From an uncultured Planctomycetota bacterium (GTDB taxonomy: Bacteria > Planctomycetota > Planctomycetia > Isosphaerales > Isosphaeraceae), in NCBI GenBank assembly GCA_963845755.1, contig CAWJTV010000036.1, positions 352,001 through 416,000 of the forward strand: a stretch of 64,000 bases of DNA. Direction: 5' to 3'. Below, piece by piece: positions 56,301-64,000 of this stretch. The translations under genes were made by a program, and so were the position numbers. The notes under the pieces were generated by a model. It had not been told where the DNA came from, did no database searches, and saw nothing but the letters and a program-made list of their open reading frames with translations. Position 1 is the stretch's first letter. Each line of letters opens with the position of its first letter.

Positions 56301-57060
56301 ATTCGGAGTGGTAACCGATCGCGCCGTGGCGTTTGCCGCGGCGTTCAATCAGCGAGGGCGTACGTGGGAGGCCAAGGGTGATAACGAGCGCGCAGTCGAA
56401 GACTTCGTGCATGCGACTCGAGTCGATCCTCGGAGCCCGGACGCATATAATAATCTCGGCAATCTGTATCTCAAGATCCAAGATTACGATCAGGCGCTTC
56501 ACATGTACAACGACGCGATCCGGGTTGACGCCGGATACGCGCCTGCGTACGACGGCCGTGGCAACGTGCTGAGTCAGAGGCAAGAGTTCGACCAGGCCAT
56601 CAACGATTTCGGTACGGCGATCCGTCTTGACTCGAATAATGCCGGAACGTTTTACAATCGCGGGACCTTGCTGTTGAAGCGGGGGAAGTACTTCGACGCG
56701 ATCACCGACCTAGAAACCGCGGTCCGACGGGATCCGCGGCACTCCACGGCGAGCAACGATCTCGCATGGCTGCTCGCGACGTGTCCTGTCGAAGCGTTCC
56801 GCGATGGCAAGAAGGCGGTCAAGTACGGCCTGGCGGCCTGTACGTTGTCGGAGTTTAAGGATCCCCAGCATCTGGACACGCTCGCCGCGGCCTACGCGGA
56901 ACAGGGACAGTTCGACAAGGCCGCCGAAACGCAGAATAATGCGATCAAAATATCGTCAAAGAGTGGAGACAGCGCGTTTCAGGCAAGTTTGCGCGAGCAT
57001 CTTCAGCTCTACATCGATAAGAAGCCTTACCGTGAGGAGCCGAAGTCAGCAGGCCCGTGA
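53329..57060 (+). CDS. TIR - STAND (nSTAND1-like) NTPase - TM - TPR protein
   Basis: LFISHSS...VFLD...W..E...SPWCFAEI (TIR); CPYPGL..F...FFGR, GSSGSGKSSLLRAG, LLVIDQFEEL, TLRSD, ALPLLAFTL, EVVHESL (nSTAND1-like); TM WLYFALTVVAIAVVLAGMVAW; many TPRs. Confidence 0.88.
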   Translation: MSTLFISHSSKENDEALALHAKLAKEWGFQNVFLDFHEVDGIAAGKEWEQELYRRLRLCQGIVVLCSKNSLASPWCFAEITQARALGKEMFLVEISPCEVPAAFQDRQLVRLTPDGRVDYDRLLQGLKVAGLDPKDDFEWDPKRCPYPGLDCFEAADAYVFFGRNGEITEVTDVLRRMRNGHERRMAVVIGSSGSGKSSLLRAGVLPRLRKDREKWVVVPPFRPRKAPFVELAKALALELEAAAQEASKAAVQRHERWEVIADRLTQEEGGRPGLVRIATELQATRGKDAAVLLVIDQFEELLESTAKTDAKDFLRTLNESLSHFESPLVVLATLRSDSLASFHARGLSSEPIHVQPMAKARFAEIIERPATRVGVRFEPPSLINNIAADTQTEDALPLLAFTLRELYLHRAAPERITQADYEGVGKIDEAISKAVSQIEKGLPGLPDAGLREVFLEMVDEVDGSLLRKSLPVERVPEHVRPILDRFVDERLVVLRREDHGDVLEVVHESLFRVWPRLKRWIEDDQINRRIRRSLTLVTRSWVERGEKDYGLDIGPRFLEWEDWARSHPELVEPKQGDFLEACRKERKDILEETKRKVRWLYFALTVVAIAVVLAGMVAWSGWRLSDVRSSSKAMAEKARSVASTLEKDARKRTDLSGWDEVVQAAQEAFNLAKNAGSDRLLKELEEELANFRNERDQALKDRQAFRALENARILAIGLKTEQRIYRYHFDFVLETYRNAFVEYGIHAEDGPIAESVKIIGSSKIRTTLTAVLDDWADRTPDTALASRLYALARESDPDDRHNALRSSVESRDAATLKRIAQSRETDSLPVVSLVRLGSALLSVGEADVAVKLLRTAHDRHAGDLWVNLHLAESLSDLANPRYEEAARYFTAALALRPDSPSLLYDIGVVQHRRGDLDEAIANYSAAIEQDKHYTWAFINRGNARLAKQQYAGARDDFREALRLDSTIVLAHYGLGTVEYECKNYDEAIKEFGVVTDRAVAFAAAFNQRGRTWEAKGDNERAVEDFVHATRVDPRSPDAYNNLGNLYLKIQDYDQALHMYNDAIRVDAGYAPAYDGRGNVLSQRQEFDQAINDFGTAIRLDSNNAGTFYNRGTLLLKRGKYFDAITDLETAVRRDPRHSTASNDLAWLLATCPVEAFRDGKKAVKYGLAACTLSEFKDPQHLDTLAAAYAEQGQFDKAAETQNNAIKISSKSGDSAFQASLREHLQLYIDKKPYREEPKSAGP

Positions 57061-57323
57061 GGAACTCTCGGCGCCGATGGTGAATGCCAGCTTCCAGGAG
57101 TTCCAGGCCAGGTAGAGCACAGGTCCACGGGGTGTGGTAGAATCGGTCGCGTGGGTCGCTGACAGGAGTAAACCTCTCGAAGGGATTGTTGGTAGCCACA
57201 TATCGAGTCTACTTTCAGCGACACACATTCTACTATCCTTTATCATGGTATCCGGCATCATACTCTCCGAACTTAATTGCTGCGAATGCGACTCGACCTT
57301 GTGATGTAGAATTATTCTTTTGC

Positions 57324-58142
57324 TTATTTTAGCGGTACGTAGAGCTTATTTTCCGCGGCCAGCTTTGTAAGTACGCGCCCGTAACGATCGACATTATTCA
57401 CGGACCCACCTGCGCCGCGATGTAGCGCATCGCCCTGATCACCGTATGCAAGGACGCCACCCGAGTTCCAGAGTATGTCTTGTGAGTATTCGGGGGACGT
57501 CAGGACACGTCGCTTCACATTGTGGAAGGCCAGATAATTTGATATCACAAGATCATCAGAGAATCGCATGTCGGTGTCTGCTACGGCGCTCTGCATGTAG
57601 GGAACAAAGTCGGGTCCAAAGACTTGGGTCGGATAGGCAACGCCGGCAAAGCCTTCGGCGACTGCGCAGCATTCACCATGATTTCTTACGGAACGCGCAC
57701 GCGAATTGACAAAATCAAAGCCCGCGGCGCACCACACTTCATGCTCGTCGTCACCGACTGCGCAGGCCAGCGCCGCTTGTGCAAGCGCGGATACGGCGCC
57801 GGGTGGATAGCGGATATCGTCATCGACACTAATGACGATCGAACGCCGGCTCTGTTGCTGTAATCGCACCACGGTCGGCACGATCTTGGTAGCCGGTCCC
57901 CAATCGCGATCACATCGCTGAATCTTGACCAGCGAATTGCCAATCAACCAGTTCGGCAGGGACTCCTCGGGCGGGTATTCTCCACCGGTTCGATCAAAGC
58001 GCGGCGGGAGGTTGAGTAGGATCGCGTCCGGTTGCCGCGTCTGATTCAGCAGACTGTCAATCATCGGCCGACAATTGGGCAGCCGCGTCGGCGAGGTGGT
58101 GAGTGAGACAACGACAATGACAGGCATAGGAGCGTTGTTCAT
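57324..58142 (-). CDS. GT-A fold glycosyltransferase-like protein
   Basis: VVVSLTTSPTRL...IDSLLNQT..PD.I.LNLP; DWGPATKI; SVDDDIRYP (DxD); SDDLVIS. Confidence 0.7.
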   Translation of the reverse strand: MNNAPMPVIVVVSLTTSPTRLPNCRPMIDSLLNQTRQPDAILLNLPPRFDRTGGEYPPEESLPNWLIGNSLVKIQRCDRDWGPATKIVPTVVRLQQQSRRSIVISVDDDIRYPPGAVSALAQAALACAVGDDEHEVWCAAGFDFVNSRARSVRNHGECCAVAEGFAGVAYPTQVFGPDFVPYMQSAVADTDMRFSDDLVISNYLAFHNVKRRVLTSPEYSQDILWNSGGVLAYGDQGDALHRGAGGSVNNVDRYGRVLTKLAAENKLYVPLK

Positions 58143-58598
58143 GTGTGCGGGCTAAAATCGAGAACCCGACGAAAGTGTGCGACACACGAGTCCGATCCCG
58201 TCTGCCGACGCCGTGTCGGCGGAGCGCATGCCGCGTGAGAACGGGGAGCTGCAAAGATTAGGGCGCAACCGGGCTTCTGGCAAGGGTGCTAATTTCGAGA
58301 CTATGCTCGGAGCCAACCGGGCTGAGAAGCCTGAGCCGCTGACGGTAAGCTCCAAAGGGATCGTTCGAGCGACTTCCCTACACACGGAGACTTGTGATGG
58401 TTCAGCCTGAATGGGAAGAACTACCTTGCTCGGCAAGCTAGGCAGTGAATTGAAAACTGTCGATGGGAGGTCGGGGCCAACCCGACCCCGCTCGTCTCTT
58501 GATTTTTCCATGCGTCCAACGCTAAGAACATGTGTCGATCGGGAAACGACGGGCGCGGCGCCTTCGATACGACACCGCTCAGGCGGAGGAGAGAATCG

Positions 58599-58990
58599 AT
58601 GCGACGAACCACGACTCGATCGGCGATGGTGTTGGCCCTGCTCGGGATCGGCTGCGGGTGGATCGCCCCCGCCCCCGCCGGAGGCATCGTCCTCCATAGC
58701 CCCGGCGGGGCTCGCCCCCGGCGATCAATTCCGCTTCGCCTTCCTCACCGACGGCACGACGAACGCGCTATCGTCCGACATCAGCGCATACGACAGTGGG
58801 GCCAACCCCTGTTCTTCGCTTGATTAGCCGGCCAAACGAGAGGAATTTGTTCAAACCCAGGCGGGCGGGGCCACCTACCATGGGGGCACGGTTAATCGTG
58901 GCTCGCTCCATCGGATCGACGGCCTCGGTCAACGCCATCGACCACATCGGCCAGTCGGACACACCCGTCTATTCGCGTCGCCATCCGTAA
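58599..58990 (+). pseudogene. Remnant of a secreted (PEP-CTERM-type) protein
   Basis: Signal peptide then PAGLAPGDQFRFAFLTDGTTNALSSDISAYD and IGSTASVNAIDHIG..PVY fragments in different frames, with internal stops. Confidence 0.4.
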
Positions 58991-59030
58991 AACGTTTCCT
59001 GGTTCATTCCGTCGATTCGGCAAAAGGTCC

Positions 59031-59324
59031 GGACGGAGGGACCGCTCCGCTTCCAACGAGCCAGAACCGGCCCGCCAGTACGCCTCTCGGCTGCCAGCAA
59101 GCTGCACGACGCGGGCCATGGTTCTCTGCCTTTCGGCCATGACCCGATCGTAACATGCGCTGCAAGAAGGGGTTGAGCGGGGACGGAGGGACCGCTCCGC
59201 TTCCAACGAGCCAGAACCGGCCGCCAAATACGCCTCTCGGCTGCCAGCAAGCTCCACGACGCGGGCCATGGTTCACTCCCTTTCGGCCATGACCCGATCG
59301 TAACATGGGCTGCAAGAAGGGGTT
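59031..59324. repeat. Tandem duplication, 150-bp period, 2 copies
   Basis: GGACGGAGGGACCGCTCCGCTTCCAACGAGCCAGAACCGG...GCTGCAAGAAGGGGTT begins at 59031 and again at 59181. Confidence 0.85.
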
Positions 59325-59484
59325 CACCGGGCACGCACACAGAAAGGTAAGGTCTCCAGTGCGCCCGACTGACGCGAGAATCGAATCCCGGCCCGGATCG
59401 CTTCCGAAAAAGTGGGAACAACCGACCTCCGCGGCGTCTTTACTGGGATAGGAAGCACCTGACGCAACCGGGGAGGCGGATTCC

Positions 59485-62400
59485 GTGATAGCTCGGCGCG
59501 ACGGGGCCGGTCTGCAAGGTCTTCGCGGGCTTTTCGACGCGGGGACGGCCGCCGGCTTGACGGATGGTCAATTGCTGGAGCAGTTCGCGACGCGGGACGA
59601 GGCGGCGTCCCAGCTCGCATTCACAGCCCTGTTCGAACGGCACGGCCCGATGGTTCTGCGCACCTGTCGGGCGGTCCTGCACGACGAGAATGAGGCCCAG
59701 GACGCGTTCCAGGCGACGTTTCTCATCCTGGCGCGTCGGGGCGGTGCGCTCTGGGTGCGGGACTCGGTGGGCCCGTGGCTGCACCGGGTCGCCTATCGCG
59801 CGGCGGTCCGCGCCGATCGCGACGCACGGCGGCGGCGGGCGGCCGAACGGCGGGCGGCCGAGCGATCGGGCCTGCTCGTGGAGGACCCCGTCCGGGATGA
59901 CCTGGCGAACGTGCTCCACGAAGAGCTGGATCGCCTACCGGACTGGTGCCGCGTACCGCTGGTGCTCTGCGACCTGGAGGGCCGCACCTACGAGGAGGCG
60001 GCGCGGCACATGGGATGCCCCGTCGGCACGGTCAAGAGCCGGCTGGCCCGAGGCCGTGGACGGTTGCGCCGCCGGCTGACCAGTCGCGGCCTGGCGCCGG
60101 GCGTTGTCGTACTCGGTGCGGCGATCGCCGATCCGGCCCGTGCGGCGGCGGCGACCTTCACCGAGGCTGCGGTGCGGGTCGCGACCCGTCACGCCGCGCC
60201 AGGTGCAGGGCCGGCCTCGGCAACCGCGTCCGCGCTGGCCCAGCAAGTGCTGAGGTCCATGTTCTGGAAAAGCCTGAGAGCCGCGTCGTTGAAGATGGCC
60301 ATCGGGACCGCGATGGGGATGGCCATCCTCACGACGGCTGCGGGCTCGCTCGCCCAGCCGGGACCGCGGGGAGGGCCACCGACCGACCCGGCGATCCAGG
60401 ATGAACCCAAAGCCAGCCCGCGAACCGATGGGGCCGCCTCGTATGCGTGGCGCCGCGCGGACCCGTATCAGCCGCCCGATTTCGAACGCTTCTTCCCCGA
60501 CGATCCCGTCGGAGGAACGGAGTTGGACGCACTCTGGAACGACGAGAAGAAGGACGATCGCCCCGACGCGGAGGTCCTCCGAACCGTGCCGCCAGGGGCT
60601 GCGCCGCACGGAATCCGACCGGACGAAGGTCCTCGAATGGATCGGCGACCGGTACATCTGGTTTGCGTCGCCACAGAACCCAGACGCCATCGAGATCGTC
60701 TACCATGCATCGGATTTCCGGGGCAAGGACGCCGACCCCTACGGGGCGCGCAAGGGCGCCGTGCACGACGGCCTCGCCATGGTCCAGCCCAAGCCGCCCG
60801 CGGTCCTGCGCACCCTGGTCAACCTCTGCATGCAGGTGGATGACCGCGAGGACTGGGACCGAATCGCCTGGGGCACGCGGTCGCAGCGGACGGAGGTCCT
60901 CTCCTACCTGAAGCCCTACATGGCTGCCCGGGACGAGGCAACTCGCGAGAAGGCGGCCTTGCTCGTGAAGGTCTTTGACAGCGTGGGAGTCCGTTACAAG
61001 GCGATGGGGGCATGGGTCGAGAAATCCGTGCGCACGAAGTACGGGGACCGGCTCCCTGAGTTCAAGAGCGTGCTCATGAGGGGCGCTTCCCGAGAGCGGC
61101 TTGACGCCCTGGAGCGGATCTCTCGCCATTGGATTGGTCTCATCCTCGACGAGTCCTTCATCGCCGCGTATCGGGCGTGCGCGGACGACCCCGACGTAGC
61201 CGTGCGCCGCGCAGTCGCGCGCACCTTGAACGTTCTTTGGTTCGGGATCGATCGCGTGCCGGGCGACGAGTTGATCGGCCTCCTGGTCACCCTACTGAAC
61301 GACCAGGACCGCGACGTCCGCGACGACGCCGTGGAGTCGTCGCGAAGTATTCTGGGTCAGTCTCGGCCACCGCGGCGCAGACGGGAGGAGGTCGTCCGCC
61401 GGCTCGTATCGATCGCCCTCGAGGACGCAAGACCGGAACTGCTCAAGACGATCCGCGGGGCCGTTCATGAAGACCGCGATCTGGCGATCAAGGTTCTGGA
61501 CGAATCGTTGCGCAGCGCGGACCCCATCCTCGCCCGAGCTTCCCGCGCGATCTACAGGGACCTGACCAACCACGCCCCACCTGGCGAGCAGAGTCGTCCC
61601 GAGGTGCGGAAAGGGTATCCCAAGGCGCTTCGGGATCTGCACGAGCATTTGGGGCGGGTTTACCCGTACTTCCGGTTGAAACGGATCGACTGGGACCAGG
61701 TCGGTCGCGAGCTCCTGCCTCGCACCGAGGCCGTGGAAACGGAGGAACAGTTCGGGCTCCTGGTGATGGAGCTCGTGGCGCGGTTGGAAGACAGCGGCGC
61801 GTCGGTCCGGGGCGAGAGCGTACCGAGTCCGGACCCGCGGCTGCCGGAGTGGGGCCCCGCGCTGGCCTGCCTGATCGACGACCGAGGGAGGCCGGTGGTA
61901 TATGACGTGGGATGGATCGTCCCGGAGAATGCCGGGCTGCGACCGGGGATGACGGTCGTCTCGGTCAACGGCGAGCCCGCGGAGGCCGCAATCCGCCGGT
62001 GGATGCGCCGTGAGCAAAGGTTCCACGGCTATTCCAGCGAGCGGTGGCTCAGGTCGAACGCGGTCAGGAAATTCCTCCAGCAGGACGAGAGAGAAGCGAA
62101 AGTGGCCCTGGTGCTGGAGAGATGTCGACGGGCAAAGGAAGGCGGTCGACCTGACGGCCGATAGCAACTTCCGGCGCTACTGGATCCCGCGGCTTCCGGT
62201 GCCGAAACCGGGCGTCGATGAAGAGGGAGCTGAGGTGTCCTGGCTCATGCTGGAGGGCCGGATCGGGTTCATCTCCATCCGCGTCCTCCGGACAGGCTTT
62301 GAAGCCTTGCTGGGCCAGGCGGTGGAGAGCCTGGGTGACGCGAAGGGCTTGATCATCGACCTGAGGGGCAACGAAGGCGGCGAGTTCCACGCGAAGTCGG

Positions 62401-62804
62401 CGTTCCGAAGCTTCGACCTGGCGCCCGGCGACATGGCCGGCCCGCGTCCGCCATGCTACAAGGGACCGATCGCGCTCCTGATCGACGAGCAGACCATCGG
62501 CGCCGGCGAGGAATGGGCATCGTGGTTCGTCGCCCGGAAGCGAGCCCGCGTCTTCGGCACGACATCGGCCGGGGCCTTGTCTCGGGGCGAGGAGACGTAC
62601 ACGCTCAGCAATGGTCTGTACCAGGTCGTAATCCCCACGAAGGCGGATGCAGGGTTCCTCGGCGAGCCGATCGAAGGTCGTGGGCTGAAACCGGATGTCG
62701 AGGTGAGGTGCAGCGCCATGGACTTGTCCCACGGCAGGGATACCGTCGCGGAAGCAGCCGCCCGATGGCTGGCAGAGGCGGACGGGAACGCGCCTCGCCC
62801 ATAG
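59485..62804 (+). CDS. Planctomycete ECF sigma-70 factor with TM, HEAT-like repeats and S41 peptidase domain (frameshifts ~60590, ~62120)
   Basis: GLTDGQLLEQF...RHGPMVLRTC...AQDAFQATFLIL; EEAARHMGCPVGTVKSRLARGR; later GLIIDLRGNEGG, IEGRGLKPDVEV. Confidence 0.82.
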
Positions 62805-62818
62805 CGGTGGCCGGCTCC

Positions 62819-64000
62819 TCAGTTGGCACGGGCGAACGGCTCGGACGGCATGGCCAGGTCCATCATCAGGAGTCGGAAATCGGCTCGGCCGCGGAGCGGG
62901 TCGAGGGCATCCTCGATGCGGTAAGCATCGGGGCTGCGGTAGCCCCGGCCGACGGCCTTGTGCAACAGGGCCATCGCCGTCTCGGCCTCGCTCGACGCCT
63001 CGGCGGCCGACACGACCGCGCCGTCCCGGCCGGCCAAGCCCGCCAGAGCGGCGTGGGAACACGCGAAGAGAAAATGCTGCTGGCCCGTCCGCGACGGCAC
63101 GGCGTCCCACAGCTCCAGCGACCGTCGGGCGTCGGCCGCGGCCCCGGCGGGGTCGCCCAGGGCGCGGCGGGCCAGCGCACGGTTGAGGTAATTCTCTGCC
63201 AGGCCGTCGTTGTAATCCGTCGCGTGGGGGTACGCCTTGACCAGCGCCTCGAGCGCCGCGACGGCCCGCTCGACGTGATCGCGGGCCTCGTCCGGACGGC
63301 CGAGGCGGCGGAGAACGGCGGAGAGGTTGTTGTCCGTTTTCGCTGCCTCGCTGCGATAACCCGGGACCTTCGGGTTGTCGTCGGCCAGCTTCCGGTAGAT
63401 CGTCAGCGCCGCGCGGTACGCATCCTCTGCCTCCGCCGCCTTGGCCGTCTGCGAGAGCAGGACGCCGAGGTTTAGGTAGCCAACCGCCAGGCCGCGGCGG
63501 AATTCGGTGACGGCGGGGTGGTCGTCGGCCAGCTTCCGGTAGATCACCAGCGCCGTGCGATGCTCGACCTCCGCCTCCGCCGCCTTGCCCCTCTGCGACA
63601 ACAGGTTGCCCAGGAGGATGTGGCTGTCCGCCAGGCCGCGGCGGAATTCGGTGACGGCGGGGTGGTCGTCGGCCAGCTTCCGGTAGATCGCCAGCGCCGC
63701 GCGATACACGGCTTCCGCCTCCGCCGGCTTGCCCGTCTGACGCAGCAGGATGCCGAGGTTTAAGTGGCTAAGCGCCTGGCGGCTGCGGAACTCGGTGACG
63801 GCGGGGTGGTCGTCGGCCAGCGTCTGGTAGATCGCCAGCGCCGCGCGGTGCTCGGCCTCCGCCTCCGCCGGCTTGCCCGTTTGACGCAGCAGGTTGCCGA
63901 GGTTGTTGTGGCTAAGGGCCAGGCGGTGGCGGAATTCGGTGGCGGTGGGGTGGTCGTGGGCCAGCTTCTGGAGAATCGCCAGCGCCGCGCGGTACGCGAC
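62819..64000 (-). CDS. C-terminal TPR-repeat region of a large protein (planctomycete Ser/Thr kinase-TPR type), 5' part outside window
   Basis: Repeated AEAEYRAALAIYRKLADDHPAVTEFRRGLA units; terminal AMALLHKAVGRGYR...LDPLRGRADFRLLMMDLAMPSEPFAR. Confidence 0.75.
   Translation of the reverse strand, partial: VAYRAALAILQKLAHDHPTATEFRHRLALSHNNLGNLLRQTGKPAEAEAEHRAALAIYQTLADDHPAVTEFRSRQALSHLNLGILLRQTGKPAEAEAVYRAALAIYRKLADDHPAVTEFRRGLADSHILLGNLLSQRGKAAEAEVEHRTALVIYRKLADDHPAVTEFRRGLAVGYLNLGVLLSQTAKAAEAEDAYRAALTIYRKLADDNPKVPGYRSEAAKTDNNLSAVLRRLGRPDEARDHVERAVAALEALVKAYPHATDYNDGLAENYLNRALARRALGDPAGAAADARRSLELWDAVPSRTGQQHFLFACSHAALAGLAGRDGAVVSAAEASSEAETAMALLHKAVGRGYRSPDAYRIEDALDPLRGRADFRLLMMDLAMPSEPFARAN

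Noticed and set aside
57479..57491. 12/13 match (CTTGTGAGTATTC) to the start of the mini-array spacer inside the glycosyltransferase gene
   Set aside because: Short, mismatch at position 10, no extension, different 5' flank (TGT), intragenic; plausible by chance in 64 kb

Overview
GC-rich bacterial window, most likely a planctomycete of the Isosphaeraceae type (DUF1501, PSD1/DUF1549-DUF1553 cytochrome c, PVC-type CxxCH protein, ECF sigma with long C-terminal extension). Many genes carry single-base frameshifts, typical of a long-read consensus. Left to right: trmL start; TetR-controlled RND efflux operon with two permeases; two related modules of DUF433/DUF5615 toxin-antitoxin-like pairs facing DUF4062-NB-ARC-TPR genes; planctomycete cytochrome/DUF1501 genes; a complete type I-B CRISPR-Cas locus (WYL regulator, cas6-cas8[cas11]-cas7-cas5-cas3-cas1-cas2-cas4) with a ~13.2 kb array of roughly 175-180 repeats; a secreted repeat protein plus a TIR-STAND-TM-TPR protein; a glycosyltransferase-like gene; an ECF-HEAT-S41 protein; the TPR tail of a large protein. 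The main discovery lies between the WYL gene and cas6. An unannotated, frameshift-hidden ECF-sigma-like gene (28533-29029) is followed directly by a lone degenerate CRISPR repeat, a 37-nt spacer and a hairpin. The PAM-proximal half of that spacer matches the putative promoter of the sigma-like gene, next to TTG. This looks like a CreA/CreR-type crRNA-like circuit that would put a sigma-like factor and the cas operon under Cascade-mediated repression. All family calls are from motif recognition by eye; no searches were run.
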